A DNA stretch of 64,000 nt from Hydrolagus affinis (lineage: Eukaryota). The notes beneath the pieces were generated by a model. It did no database searches. It saw only the letters and a program-made list of their open reading frames with translations, and was not told where the DNA came from. The stretch spans positions 1-64,000 of the forward strand of contig JAAILG010001329.1 of assembly GCA_012026655.1 (NCBI GenBank). Direction: 5' to 3'. Below, one piece after another: positions 24,581 through 38,460 of the stretch; position 1 is the first letter of the stretch; every line of letters starts with the position of its first letter. A program made the position numbers and the translations under genes.

Positions 24581-26459
24581 TATGAATGTACAGAAGCTGG
24601 ATCTTTAACATCAATTAAAAGGCAACTGTGAGCTGAAAAGGCCTCCTCGTGTTCCATCTGCACCACTCAATCCTCCATAGTGCCTGGAGTCTGCAACGCG
24701 TGGCACAGGGTTAACTAAGCTAAGTGTTTACTACAGCTTTAGCTAATGCCACAGTGTTTCTGGCGCAATCTAATACTAAGAATTAGACGACAAAAAAAGA
24801 CAGCGTCCCCTCTTTTACTGCTTTACGTGGTGAGATTGAATGGGACTTTTAAAACACATACGTGTTTTGCAGATTAAGAAACCAGACTCCAAAACACCGA
24901 ATAAGGTTCTAACTTTCCGTAAAATCCATACGGAGTTCAGGAAGTGTAGAGTGTATTCCCCACATGGAAAAAACTATAGAAATAAATCAACTTCAGACCT
25001 ATTCCTGAAACAGATCAGTAAATATGTCACAATTTGGCCTATTTAACTCAAAAGGGACTGGTAATTGTGTAAGCGATTTCCATTCTGTATTTTCTCTCAG
25101 AAAGGTATGTGCCTCAATTACCGACTGTGAAACAGAAACACAGCAATACTCGGGGCCCAATACAATCGCTCTGATTTTGTCTGAAATGGCTATCTAATTG
25201 CAAAACCACTACAGTGGGGCCTGAAAATATCCACTGAAATGTTCAGCAATCAGCTGGTGTGTGTTCTAAGCATCGGCTTGAATGAAAGATCGTATTCAGA
25301 CCCATTCCAGTTGAAAATTAAATGTTAAACGTTGCATTGTTATAATTTTGAAAAAAAACAGAAAAAAAAAACAGCTGGTGGAGATTCACTCAATCCGCAA
25401 AGAAATCACACTGCTTAAGTCCTTGGGAAAATTATGCACTATTGCACTATTTGTTAAATTAAAATATATTGCTGGGTTAAGTTTTCACCTTATGGCACAT
25501 CAAATGGGACACACATTGATAGGGAATGCTCTTCTTATGAGTTTTAAATTTCAATAGACGTAGGAACTGGGAAAGACAGGCCTTTCAATCCACTGAGCCA
25601 GCTCCACCATATTATCAATTCATGGCAGTTTAAGTTTTGTTTTTTTTGTCTGTTATTTGCTTGAGTTACCTATGCATCATCCTCAATCAGTTCTCATTCT
25701 CATTTGTATAAATACATATTCTCAATTCACAGCAAGTGACTTTATCAAGAGGGAGTAGACATTTCTTGATCTACCTTGCGAATTCCCTACAGTTTTTAAA
25801 AGAATACATTCAACTAGATCAACCCTCATTCCACTGAATTATATTTTTCCTATATTCCTGCCTTTATACAGAAGTCACAGTTTATAAGATATTCACTCGC
25901 TGTTGGGAGAGGGGGAATGGGGTTACTCAGCCAAAATGGCAGCTAAAACTCAAAACTCATCTAATTGTGAACTAATTAGAAGCCATCGTCAGGGACAACT
26001 TGTACAGTGTAGTTTACTGGGACACCAGCAAAGGTTTAGTGAAACCATCTCAATTTAAAGCTCTATTAAATAGCCGAAGGGAATTACTAGGGAAGTTATG
26101 ATAAGTAATACACTGTGCCTCTGGACTACCAATGAAAATTGTCTCACACAATATGTGGGAATTTAAAAAAAAAGTCAAACATGAAAGGCTGCTTTGTTTT
26201 AACTAAACATCTTCAAATCCAATTATAACCTTTCATTCCCAGTCATTCAATATTACATTTAAACCCAAATTCCTTTTAAGTTTTGCTGTGTATTGGTGTG
26301 CCAATAGCAGCTGTTGTTTGAGGAAAAGGGAAGTGTTTGTGTGTAAGTATATATATGTAAAAACAATGCACTTCCCTAAATAATTATGTCTATTGTTCAG
26401 GCAGACTTTGCTGTTCCTCTGATTGAAGAGGAAATGTAAAACTGCATTATATGTAAGAT

Positions 26460-26591
26460 TGCAATCAATCTAATATTGCCCACAAAATATACAATCAATG
26501 CATTTAACATTATATTTTGTAAACTGCTTTGAGATGTATCGATGGTGTGATAAGGCACTATATCAAATTCAAGGAGTATTATTATTATTAT
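26460..26591 (+). mobile_element. SINE 3' half, diverged
   Basis: gcccacaaaatataca...ctttgagatg...ggcactatatcaaattcaaggagtattattatta. Confidence 0.8.
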
Positions 26592-26865
26592 ATCAAATTG
26601 AAGGTAAAAAGTGGAGTTGTCCAAAAAATAAAGAGATTTTGGAAGCGAGCCAGAAAACAGCAAGTTGAATTTTCTGGTTGTGTTTGAAATGGAACATTCT
26701 GGAGGAAATGAAGATCATTTTTCATTTGAGAAAAAGAGTTGAATTATCTTCAAAAAATGAACAGATTATTTGGGGAAATAATTATTTGTGGACGAATGCA
26801 AAGTTTACCTTGTGTGATGACAAATTCTCACCTTTCAAAAACAGTTGCACACTCATACTCCACAA

Positions 26866-27070
26866 ATAACAATAATAATCCTTGCATTTGATACAGCGAC
26901 TTAACAGTCTCTGGGCCGTCTCAAAGCGCTTCGCAGAATATAACTGTCAAGTGAATTGACTGTATATTTTGTAGGCGAATTGTGACAGCCAATGCAACAC
27001 AGCGGAAAAGCGATTCCTCAATCGACAAACAAACAGATTCCTACTTACCATTAGGTAAACGGAGGCGATT
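26866..27070 (-). mobile_element. SINE 3' half plus part of the long-variant internal segment
   Basis: (AAT)n ccttgcatttgatac...ctcaaagcgcttcgcagaata..., then caatcgacaaacaaacagattcctacttaccattaggtaaac. Confidence 0.82.
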
Positions 27071-28023
27071 AAATATCCACATTGAAACAGACAGTACTAA
27101 CACACTCATCTAAACTGCCTCTGCAAAGGCACGCCAATCCTCAGGCCGATTGGTATGTCGTCAGTCGTGTCTCGGTGAGTATTGTAGACCCACCTGGCTC
27201 AGGAGATGGGACTCGAGAGAGTCAAATTAATTCTGACGTTCTGTTAAATACATAATCTCGGGATCCGTTCAGCCCTCCCCCAGATTCCATGCCTTTTCGC
27301 TACCGGACGTGTTTTTAAGATACTATACATTTTAAGCAATCCAAGTGGACATTTTGTATGTATTCCACACTGGATGGATTAGACAAAATAAAGGCAGAAG
27401 AATCAGAGCAAATAGAGTGGATTGTTCTATACCTATTAACTGTATAACCAAGTGTAGAGTCTCCAGGAATATTATGCGGCTGGGTGCAAGGGCGTAAGGT
27501 GGAACCCACTTATGCTACAGAATATGACTTGTCATCTTGTAACTACCGCTCCAATAAATAGTTATATTTCATCAACTGCAACTGTGCGAAGGGCAGGAAT
27601 TTGGAAATAATGAAAAAAGTCTCTCTGGAATTTTAAAAAAATCAAAGCAAAAAAGCAGTCATGAATTAATGATGCAGAGCACTGCAAATATTACTCTTTA
27701 CCAAAAATAGAATTAAGGATATTAATCTCTATTACAAAATATGAATACTTTGAACTGAATGTGGTTTCAAATGTCTGTTGGTTAATGGTTAAAATAACAA
27801 ATTAACATATTGAGAAATGTAGCATTAATGAACATTAACATGTAAAATTTATAACTTAAAAGATGATAATCAAAAGATAAGTCGAATATATGATGCCACA
27901 GTTCAACAAGGCCTTTAATTTTTCATTAAATAAACTTTCAGAAATGTCCACAGTCACATACCATGTAAAGGGTAACAGTCACTGATTAGAAGTCCACCGT
28001 TGCACCAAATTATACTGAGATAC

Positions 28024-28341
28024 TAATAATCTTTGCATTCGATATGGCGCTTTTCACGTTTTCTAGATATCTCAAAGCGCTTCACAGAATATACTGTAAA
28101 GTGAATTTACCCTATACATGTTGGTGAAACAAAGCAGCCAAATGCGCACTGCAGCGTCCTACAAACAGTTGTGGATTGAAATGACCAATATATTGTTTTT
28201 TTTTTATGGATTATTATGTAGCATGTGGATTATTATCAGGCATGTGGAGTAAGGAAACTTTCCCAAGATTTCGCCTGCCTGGAATCGAATCCAGCTCTCT
28301 CACTTGTGAGGCGAGTGCTCTAACCACTGAACTACAGGACT
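28024..28341 (-). mobile_element. Full-length Deu-type SINE
   Basis: Head gtcctgtagttcagtggttagagcactcgcctcacaagtgag (tRNA-Val(CAC)-like anticodon arm), core and tail all present. Confidence 0.95.
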
Positions 28342-30584
28342 GCACATAACTCGTGCTATACCTAATCTGTGCCCAATTTCAACCCAGGATTGAAAAATGG
28401 ATAACATCTTCCATTCCCTACAGCTAAATACAACAATTCTAATCTTTAGGAAGACAAGATAGATAAGACATTTGTCCAATGTCTCTCCACTGACCCTTTG
28501 GTCAAAATATCCAGTCCATTTGAATCCCAGACTTGCAATCAGTACAAGGACATTGGAAGTATTTAAATGTAATTAATTATTATTGCCCTATAATTACGGT
28601 CTCATTTAATCCCTGCATTCCACAAATGAAGCCTTGCTCCGCGCTTCTATTTTGCTCATCCCATTGGATAATATATATTAGAAACTTTCAGAAAGCTTTT
28701 TAGTAATCTCCTGGAAAAAATGTATTTGAAAACTAGCAGTCGGTGGAAAATGTGGCTCTCTCTTAAAATTACACTCCTTAAAGGCATATATTGTCATGTG
28801 CTGTGTGGCGTTACTGCATTACAAAGCTGGAGTCTCATTTTTCGGATGTTTTTAGGAAAATAACTTCTTTAGGTTTCTCTCAGGTCACAGCACGTGTACA
28901 GCAGACCCTGGGCTTTTCCAGTGGCACTCAGCCAACTGCTCCCAAGATGAACAACTGATCAAATAAGGACATTTGCTGATGGATCCTGCCCTCTTCGGGA
29001 AACATCTTCTAACAGTGATGGAACTGAGATCAGGATTGTTGTGGTAACACACTTTATTTCACAAATAAACAGGTGAAACACCTCAGCAGTGTGACAATGC
29101 TAAGACAATTAGGTCGGCAAGATTTATGGTATCATGATAGGTATGCCTCCAGTTTTGTGGTTGTTCACGAAGCGTGAATAGAATTTTTTTTAAGGTCATT
29201 CTGTCCTCAAATGAAGAGAGCGGGTACTTTACATGTCACCCACTAATTTAATTGCTTTATGAATCTCACATTCCTGCTGCTGAAAGGGCAGGTAGACCTG
29301 TACCAATGTCAAAATGGTACAACACAATGTCCTTCCTCACCCAAAAGTCTTATGCAACAGAGCACTGATTAGTCGCACAGTACATACGCCACAATGTAGG
29401 ACATCTGACACATCAGTCAAAGTAATCAATCTCACCCAAAAATGGGCAAACGTGGGTTAATGGTGCAATCCAAAATCAACCTAACATAAGAATTCTGAAC
29501 AGGGTACTGTAGAGATGTTAACCTTGTTTGGAAAATTATTAAGGGATCTTGACAAATATTTTCTCTCTCTTTAATATATTAAGTAGCTTAAACTTTGAAA
29601 TTAACAAGAAGGTAAGATGTTACCAAAATCAAATATAATGATGATGAGATAAAGCAAACTGGGATACGAGATCTAAGGCCATCTCTCCTTTGACCCACTT
29701 TACTTTTTGAGTTTCTAAATTGCTGGGTAAAAGTATTTCATGCAAATTGAACGCTGTTACAGAGGCAAAGCACAATTTCTGCAAACGTAAGTTAACCCAA
29801 GGCAGTAAAGACAATTTTGTGACAATACAGGACTGTCTGAAAACATGAATTGTGTCAAGAGAGTCAATGCAGGATCTGGGACTTTCAGCCAACCATCCAG
29901 ACCAAACCGTTCCTGGGTACGATTCATTGCTCTCCACCCACGAAACTTGCTTTTCCATACGAAAGTGACACACGACGAAAGTTTAAGGGCACGTTAATGA
30001 CTTCAGCGAGCTGTGTTGGACAATCTGCCAATGATATTTATAATAAGGAATTTCGCTTTACACTTACATAATGAGACATATGCATTCTTTTTGTGGCTAG
30101 CGGCTTTAACTGCGCATTCACATAACTTCTTCGTGAAACAAATCTACCATACAGATCCCAGAACACACTGTACAAACCACCTTGTTCAGATTGCCAGAAG
30201 GCTTGAACGGCAGCTGCTTCCACTTAAAAAAAAACCCTGAACACTAAAGTATGTACATGTGCCTTTGTTTAAAATGCCACTACTCGTGCTTTAGCCTAAC
30301 CGGTTGGTGGTCCCAGCATTTATACTGTAGTACTGAATGAGCAATGGCGTCCAATCAGTTTAATTGTCTGGTTAATGTTATTGGGTTACTGCCAGCTGTG
30401 ACAATGCAACAGGTAACGATGTAAAAAGGACTTAATCAGTAACGATTATTTCCAAAATTCCAAAATTCAGTTAACATTTCTCTGCTACTTGGTCACATTG
30501 GAAACTAGATGGTGTTGAGGAAGGCTTTTGACATTCCCTTTACGTTCAAAAGGAACATTTCCCAATTTCCCAGTGCAACAGTAA

Positions 30585-30823
30585 TTAATAATACAATCCT
30601 TCCATTGGATACAAAGCCTTATCACATCATTGAGACATCTCAAAGCGCTTCACAGAATATATTGTAAAGTGAATTATTGACTATTTTGTGGGCAAAACGC
30701 AGCAGCCAATTGCACACAGCAGTGTCCCACAAACAGTTATGGGTCGAATGACCAAATTGTTATTATTATTTTTTTGGAAGGATTATTACCCCCCCTGAAG
30801 ACAATCTGCCAATTGACTAACAA
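30585..30823 (-). mobile_element. Deu-type SINE, long variant, 3' portion
   Basis: Tail and core, followed by the extra segment aatctgccaattgactaacaa. Confidence 0.9.
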
Positions 30824-31237
30824 TTCTTCATAAGGACAAACTCTTTCCATGCAGGAGTTAAATGTAGCAAAACCATAAGTAGACCAACTTATTCAGATCA
30901 AGGTGATCTAAATTGGTCTGCATTCCCCAGAGCTTGTGAAACTGCAGAGTCTGGGGGTTTCAGTTTTGTAAAGATATTTTAGATACCTACAATATACTGC
31001 ATAAGTTACCCAAGTCAACTCGCTTTTAACTGTGAATGCACTGAGTCACTGAGTCACGCTCTGCGCTACCCTTTCCTTTCCCCTGACCAAATTCTGATTT
31101 CCCATTTTATAAGTAACTCGCAATATATTTGCCACCTGGTGTCGAAAATTGGATGAAATTGTGCAATGGAAATATCTGGCCATCTTAATCCTCTTTCCTT
31201 CTCTCTTCCCTGACATCGATAAAAATATGGATAACAA

Positions 31238-31427
31238 AATAATAAATAATAATAATAAAAAACCCAGAAAGGCAATTCTGCCAATTGACTAACAACCAGG
31301 TTCCTAATTACAGCTAGGTAAACAGAAGTGTGTGGAGTAAGGAAATTTGCCCAACACTAAGCCCTGCCTAGAAATTGTACCCCAGTCCTCTAGTTTGCGA
31401 CACGAGAGTTCCAACCACTACAGGACT
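31238..31427 (-). mobile_element. Deu-type SINE, long variant, 5' portion abutting (AAT)n
   Basis: tctgccaattgactaacaaccaggttcctaattacagctagg...gtgtggagtaaggaaatttgccc...ctacaggact. Confidence 0.82.
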
Positions 31428-31854
31428 CCTAGAAGTATAGCATTTATGAGTTTACAGCTTAAGAGCACATGAGCGTTGACTCAGGAGTTTGGTGCTATTG
31501 GTTGTTGTGTGCCAATATAGTAAATAAAATTACCCACCGCTAGAGCGGTTCTTGCGATTAGATTTCCCACCACTGAGGAGCATCTTCAGGCTGTTGCGAA
31601 ACATATCTTAATCCGTAGAGCTCGGCAACACCTATACCAAATCCTGTCAAAAGAATGATGAAGGTTAGCAATGGCACACATAGAACACTCAAGGCAAAAA
31701 AAAAGTAGATTAGAACCTAGATCATCAGTAAATTTCCATTGGATTTACTATACCTCAGAATCAGATTGGTAAAAGTTTTCTCATTATGTCCCTTCCATCT
31801 TAATAGCTAAAAGCACCTAGCAGAAGAAGTAGAGGGATTTTTGCACCATTTTCC

Positions 31855-32420
31855 AACAAGAACAAATTACAGTAATATGGCATCTTTCACATCGGGAGAG
31901 CATCGCAAGGTGCTGGATTGTTATAAGTTTGCAACTGAACTGGGCATTTGAGTCGAAAGGAATGAGGGGCTAGGCGAGGTGGAAATGGGAGGATGACCTA
32001 AGATATGGTCAAAGACAAGGGTCTTCAGATGGAAGGACGCAAGGTAAGGGATGAGGTGGAGAGGCTCCAGAATGGAGATCCAGAGGGTGGGGGCAGAAAG
32101 GCTTGTGGAGGGAATAGCAATCTGGCAAGCAGGGAGATAGCATACTCAAGGCTGGATGTAATGAACGCACGGATGAGTAGCTTTGCAGCCTGAGCAGAGA
32201 ATAGTAGCTGAGGCGGACAATGTTGCGATGGCAGAATGGGTCATGGTACTGATGTTCGGTTTGAAAGACAATCGAGGTTGTTCGAACAAGACACCAGGAT
32301 TGTGGCTCAATGAGATGGACAGTGCATCCACGAACAGTGATGCTGTCAGCGCCCACGGTGAAGCAATGCTGACGGGAGCCAAGCAGGAGAGCCTTGGTTT
32401 TCAAAGCTGAGTTTTGTCCA
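31855..32420 (-). mobile_element. Degenerate L2 LINE with RT-downstream ORF2 remnants
   Basis: Tail aacaagaacaaattac...tttcacatcgggag; minus-strand peptides KTKALLLGS and NPGVLFEQPRLSFKPNI resemble the L2 motifs KTE.L..G and LGV..D..LSF..HI; frameshifted. Confidence 0.75.
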
Positions 32421-32724
32421 GCGGCAGCGTTGGGAGTTGTTGTAATACAGGAGAATTCAGTCGTTTCAGTTCATTCTCTGATGGGTGTTAATCGTGGGAG
32501 CAATTTCAGGTGATGAATAAGAATTGTGCATAGTGCACGACATTGAAGCATATTGGTTTATGAGTGATTTGTTTTCCTAACAGTGCATTGAATCAATATT
32601 CTCAACAAGATCAGGACTGCACTGATGGATGCCTGAATGTAGAGCCTGTGATGGCCTCAGAAGATTTGCATAGTAAGTAAGATGCTTAAACAAAATACCT
32701 GACGGTGATGCTAAGGGAGGATTA

Positions 32725-32795
32725 TCCAGCGCATTGGGACGTATACTTCCAACGTGAAAGGCACTATATACTGTAAATGTAATTTTGCTACTGTC
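32725..32795 (+). mobile_element. L2 3' tail
   Basis: cagcgcattgggacgt...acgtgaaaggcactatata...aatgtaattttg. Confidence 0.72.
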
Positions 32796-34449
32796 GTTCA
32801 CAAGCAGCTCTTGTATAATCCTATAAGCATTCAGGCTATACAATATCTATCATAAAATGTAGGTACAAGTCAGTTTCATTTCGCAGCAATTCAAACCTCA
32901 CCATTTTATCTATAGAGTCGTGCACAGAACAGGTTTCATCGATAATATTAAATCTCTGTGATGGAGTCACTTCAATTGAGTGCAACGCTCTAGGGTTATA
33001 AGGAAGAATGAAACGGTCAGGTATTTCACCCTGGGTGACTCTCCAGTGTGACCTTATGCAAGTGCTTATTCGAGTGTAGGTATTGGTGAGAAATTGCAAG
33101 TCCAACAGTCCAACCTATCTCACTGTCAAGGCTCCCAGTAGAATTCAAACTAGAATTTTATTCAATTGCATGATTCACTATTTTCAAGGGTGTAACATTA
33201 GGCTAGCAAAACGAAGGGGAAAATAATACAGTAGATGGTGGGCGCTCAGTGAGACCATTAGGGGTAGCATTTAACAAATCCCTTTAGATGGAGATTTAAT
33301 GTGCACGTCTCTGCATTCTTGCTGCCTAACCGCTTCTGAAATAGTTTTTATAATCTATTATACATGCAGTTATAAATATTAACAACTGTTTATATTATGC
33401 GTCTTATTTTAGGCTAGACAAAACTGATGTGTGTGCTTAATAAGCAAACCAGTAAAAGCAGTGAGTAAAAAGACAAGCAGGAATATCCCTTTTCCGTCAG
33501 GTTATTGATCTCATTTCCTGGGCGTTTTTCTTCCACTTTTTGTCCTGTTCTTTGTCTGCTTCCCAGCAATTCAATCACTGCGGCACTACTCGTCTTTCAG
33601 ATGGCCAGTTAATCAGTACAGGAACTTGCTGGTGTCAGCAAAAAGATCATCACTTTGACAACACCCACTAACTAGGTCAATGATGAAAGAAAAAACAGCA
33701 GAGAACAACCCACTTCCCCCCGGACCTCAGTGTCAACAAGTCTGAAAAAGGTCATCTCTAAAGAAATTCCACGTCCGATTCAACAGATCATCAGATACAA
33801 CAGAATGCAGCTTCAGGAAGAAGACTAGTTGTGCACCTCATCAGAGAAACCTATGAAACCGCTGTGTTGGGTTGAGGGGGGTTTGGGGAAAAGGTGAGGA
33901 GACAATACTTAGATTTTGTGTTGTGTAGCAGGAGGCACTGCATTACTGCACCATGAAATTGAATTGAGTTGTACGTTAACTGGTTTGCTTTGAATTCAAT
34001 TGACAGCTGAATAGAGGTTGTTATAACTGAACGATGCAGCAGTCCCTCATTCAATATCCTTCCTTGATCTTTGACAACATTCTCAAGTCATCAGTATTCA
34101 TTCTTTGATCCCTTTCTGTGGTGGATGCCACACTTACTGGTCTGCACTTATAAATGGACTGCCGAGATAGACGGGGATCATTTAAAAAAGGTGGGAGCTA
34201 TAAAAAGGCTGAAAAATCTCTTTGATCGACTTTAAAACAACAATAACAACAAAGTTACACTTGTATATTATAGCACCTTTCACCTGTGAGATTTGCAGTT
34301 TTTGAACAAAAATTCAAATTATGTATAAAAACCAAACCGACTTCAGAGACCTGTCCCAAGCAAAAGATCCTCGATACAGAAATTCCGTGGTTGACATCAC
34401 CTTATGTCTCCTACAGATGTTTATTCACACTTTCCTATCATTTGAGATA

Positions 34450-34686
34450 AGCAGTTAGTAAGAACCTGGTAGTTAAGTCGATTGGCAGATCGCTTTGCAG
34501 AGTAATAATCCCTTCAAAAACAAAAGCGGCCACTTAATCCACAATTATTTGTGTTGACACCGTTGTGTGCAATTGGCTGCGGCATTTTGCTCACAAAACA
34601 TATAGTCAATTCACTTTACTGTATAATCTGCAAAGCGCTATGAGACGTCTAGAAAAAGTTATCAATTGCAAGGATTGTTATTATTA
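34450..34686 (+). mobile_element. Deu-type SINE, long variant, headless
   Basis: gaacctggtagttaagtcgattggcaga extra segment, then gtgcaattggctgcgg core and tail. Confidence 0.85.
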
Positions 34687-35629
34687 GTTGATTGAAATTC
34701 AATTGATGAGAAATCTTTCATTTAGATCAGTGTTTAGATTTATAGGCTTCATAAAAAAAAATAGATGATCTGGAATTCTTGTCTAATTAAGTTTCATTGT
34801 ACCAAAGTCTAATGTAAGTGGGTTACACTGGATCATTCCAGTCAGTTTGACCTCTTTAATGCAGTGTATTAAATTGAAAATTTAAATTGTTGTACAACTC
34901 AAACACATTCGTGCGTGCACCATTCTTTCCTTCTTTAGGTCTACTTCCCCAGGCACATTTTCCCATCACGCCAGTAGGAATGACAAACCTAGTTTTGAAA
35001 CAAAATCAAAGTCACACTATGGATTTGTTGAGGTGCTGCCTGACAACTGGCTGCACTTTTGATATTTCTAAGAAACATTTACAAGAGGTGCCAATTTGGT
35101 AATTTCATCCACAAAATATACAATCCTGACATTTGACAATACATCTGTGAAGTGCTTTGCGATGTCTCAATGAAGTGGGAAGAAGCTATAATCAGATGGA
35201 AAGATTGTTACTATTAAATCAATGCAATTATTATCAGTAGATAAAAAATACAGTACTGTACATCTGATTGACCATTCCCACATCACTTCTCAGCAATATC
35301 TAGACAGCAGATATTCTACAGATTAAATATTAATTTTAACACCAAAGAAAAATATTGACACTCTGTAAATCATGTGGTTTCAGGTACGCAAGTTTCCCAA
35401 TATTCTATTGCATTCTGGAGGCTTCAGTAATGCAACAGAATTAATGCTAGGCTTGACTGTTATAGCTGGGACTGCTGGCCTCAATAATATAATAACTATT
35501 AAATGTCAAAAACAAATGCTTTAAACTCTAATTTTACCTTCATTACATCTCTCGCGAAGAATCTACAAATATCTGAACAACTATCTAACCTCGCAGTTGG
35601 GGTGGGTTTTAAAATCTCATTCCCTCTTT

Positions 35630-35740
35630 CCCTCCACCCAACCCCACCCCGACCCCAGCTCGGGTCTGAAACAATGACTGTCCAGGGCCTTGGGATGTGA
35701 AAGGCGCTGTCTATGCAAGTGCAATTTTGTTCTTGTTTCT
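35630..35740 (+). mobile_element. L2 3' end
   Basis: cccagctcgggtctgaaacaatgactgtccagggccttgggatgtgaaaggcgct; same subtype as 53640-53700. Confidence 0.78.
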
Positions 35741-36631
35741 GCCAATGTAACCTGCTGTGCACCAGCAGGACCCTCAAAAACAATAACCAGAATAAAAACC
35801 ACCATTGGAACAAATAAATAGCAACGGGTGAGAATGATCCCCTGAAATTCTCCTGTTTATATCTGGTATGTGCTGAGATTTTCCTATTGACTGTGCAGAC
35901 GTCTCTCACCATAACTAAATAATTTCCCAATGATTCTCAATGACATCGGTGCCCGATGCGACAACCGTGGCCGTCACATTCACATTCCGTGCTCATAGAG
36001 ACCTAAACCCTGCAATCATAGCACGTTGTTACACTTCTCACTCCCACCCCCACAAAGTCCCACGCACCAGTTACATACGTAACAGCTGAAAGGTACTGTC
36101 TAATCGCACGCAGTACATTGTGCTGGGTTTGAAGCTCTCAATCCTGACGCAAGCCATCTGCAGCACAAACTGAAACTCCAACCACACAGATGTCTGTATT
36201 CATAGAATCGCTTTAATTAAAATGCATGAAGATTTAAGGATAAGGAAACTCATGCCGAGGTTTCTGAAAAGGCTACTTTATGAAGTCCTTTGCAGCTATA
36301 ACTGCAGGTAAGTAATTGACATGCAGCTTTTAAAATCTGAATGATATTTAAGTACTGTTAACATTTTCAAGCGGTTCTGGCTGAGTCTATTGCAGTCATT
36401 TTTAAAGGATTAGCCTTTGAACAACTTGGAAGACCCTTTCTCTGGCATCAGAGTCCTCAGAACGTAAATTAATGCAACCAAACAAGCCAAGGCTTTTCAC
36501 AAATATTTTGCAACTGTAAAACTTCCCAGACCCCCAACCGCACCCACTCCACACAAAAAAACACAAATTGGCGATACGTGTACACAGATCGGTGGATCAA
36601 GCCATTATAATATTTTGAGTTAAATACAAGG

Positions 36632-36697
36632 CAATAACAACAATAACAAAATTACATTTGAGGAACGCCTTTCACGTCGGGAGGATGTCCCAAGGCT
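36632..36697 (-). mobile_element. L2 3' tail
   Basis: caataacaaaattacattt...cgcctttcacgtcgggaggatgtcccaagg. Confidence 0.85.
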
Positions 36698-37589
36698 AAG
36701 GGGGCAAGGATGCCTGAGCAATGGTCAGATAAGATGAATGGTGGGATTATGAACACCCAGGGAAAGAGGAGCCGCGCTGGCAAGCCTTGCTCAGAAACTC
36801 AGGAATTGACCAAATCTGGTTTCTTACCCAGCTCTCAACTTTGGGTTTTCCAAACTGTAATTGTATTTGGAAATGATGTTTAGACCTTCTGTAGACATCC
36901 CAGGATTTGATTATTTAATCGAAACAAACCCTTGTCCTGTGTGGTGAAAGTAGAGAGCTCAAATTGTTCAGATTAAGGGAGAAGTCACTCCTGCCCTTCA
37001 AGTAAAGTTGCATTGGAATGAATAAATTCGGAGTTAAACCAGATTCCTGCAAACAATTTTTTTGTATGCAGAATCCAAGCTGGCGTTCCATTCAGAAACT
37101 GTATTCAATTTGCCTTCCCTTCAGAATTCCTCACTGGAAAAGTTCTCAGTAGGGGAGAGTGGCTACAATTCTTTGCTCTAAACTAAAAACATTCGCCACC
37201 AAATTAATTTGCTTCAAATATATGCTTCTCTTCGCCCACACATATACAGTCAATTCACTAATACAGTACATTCTGTGAAGCGCTTTGAGACGTTTTGCAG
37301 ATGTTTCTCAACCACTTCTCATCATCCCTTTGTCTTGAGTCATATAAGCCACTTTTGTGCAGGTAGGATGCAGAGAAACAAATTAAAAGCTAACACAGAA
37401 ACGCTGGATGGCATTTTTTTCTATGTACAGTATCGCAATAATTTACTCAGGACTTGTGGGGTACTGGAACAACTCACTCAGACGCCACCAGAGAGTAAAT
37501 ACAGTACCTATGTGGCTCTTACTTCTTTGCAATGCCATAATATTTAACATGTACACAATAATTTTAAGACACAAACTTAAATGCTAATC

Positions 37590-37670
37590 AACATAGGAAC
37601 AGGAGTAAGCCAGCCATTGAGCCTCTCACGCCAGTTCTGCCAAAATATAAGATTATGGCTGATCCGAAGC
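37590..37670 (-). mobile_element. CR1 (HER1-like) 3' end, degenerate
   Basis: acataggaacaggagtaagcca...gattatggctgatc, similar to 61485-61570. Confidence 0.6.
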
Positions 37671-38102
37671 TAAACTCTGTACTTCAGCATTCTATCTTAC
37701 ACCACCAGAACTTCTGTTTGCAGTTGTCTTGTGAAGAGAGAAGTTATAACAAATATGAAATCAAGGGAAATTAAAGAACAGCTATAAGACTAAGTTGTGG
37801 AGCTTGGATTTAAAACCCAGGACTCCAAACGTTATTCGTTGAGTGCTCATTGAGGCCAAAGGCCAACATTCCCAATAGGAGAAATGAGAACCAACTTCTA
37901 CTTCCTCTTCCCGACAGATTTTCCTTCCATAGATTGTTACATTTTGTTTAACAAAAAATGAAGCAATGCAATGAACTGTACACACTAGGATGCTAGTCAC
38001 AGCTCCAGAATAATGAGATTCATCACGGGCGCACCACAAAATATGTATTAAATTTAGCCACAACACGGGGTCAATGAAATGTAACCTAAATGAACGTCTT
38101 AC

Positions 38103-38460
38103 CTTCAAAGCACTCTCCAGCAGCCACCACAAAAACAAGCCGCGGCTGCACTTTTACAGACGGTAATCACTGTCAGGCGTTTGTACACTGGCAGGTAGAC
38201 TAAACTGCTTGGGAATTGTTACTCCACCCGCACACTGCTTTTGGTGGAACTTTAATCAGTGGAGCCCAGCGTGTTATTAACACCCACAAGGGTGAACTTC
38301 CGGTCGGCATTGCCCGAGCCCCGACAGTATTGTCAAATTCCCAGCTTCAGGAAGCTAGGATTACCTTCTGCAGTGATATACATTGCACAAGGTGGCCATC
38401 CCGCCTAGCTTGTGTACCCCTCAGGACAGTGGTGGTATTTCACAAGCGTCAGGTAGCAAG
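38103..38460 (-). other. Candidate 358-nt non-coding (5'-UTR) exon
   Basis: Acceptor atttttattattttggtcag| and consensus donor GAAG|gtaag; GC-richer than the flanks; early stops in all three frames. Confidence 0.4.

Noticed and set aside
10844-38460. Naming the host gene from the UTR exon pattern
   Set aside because: No coding exon is recognised and many genes have multi-exon 5' UTRs; a name would be a guess.
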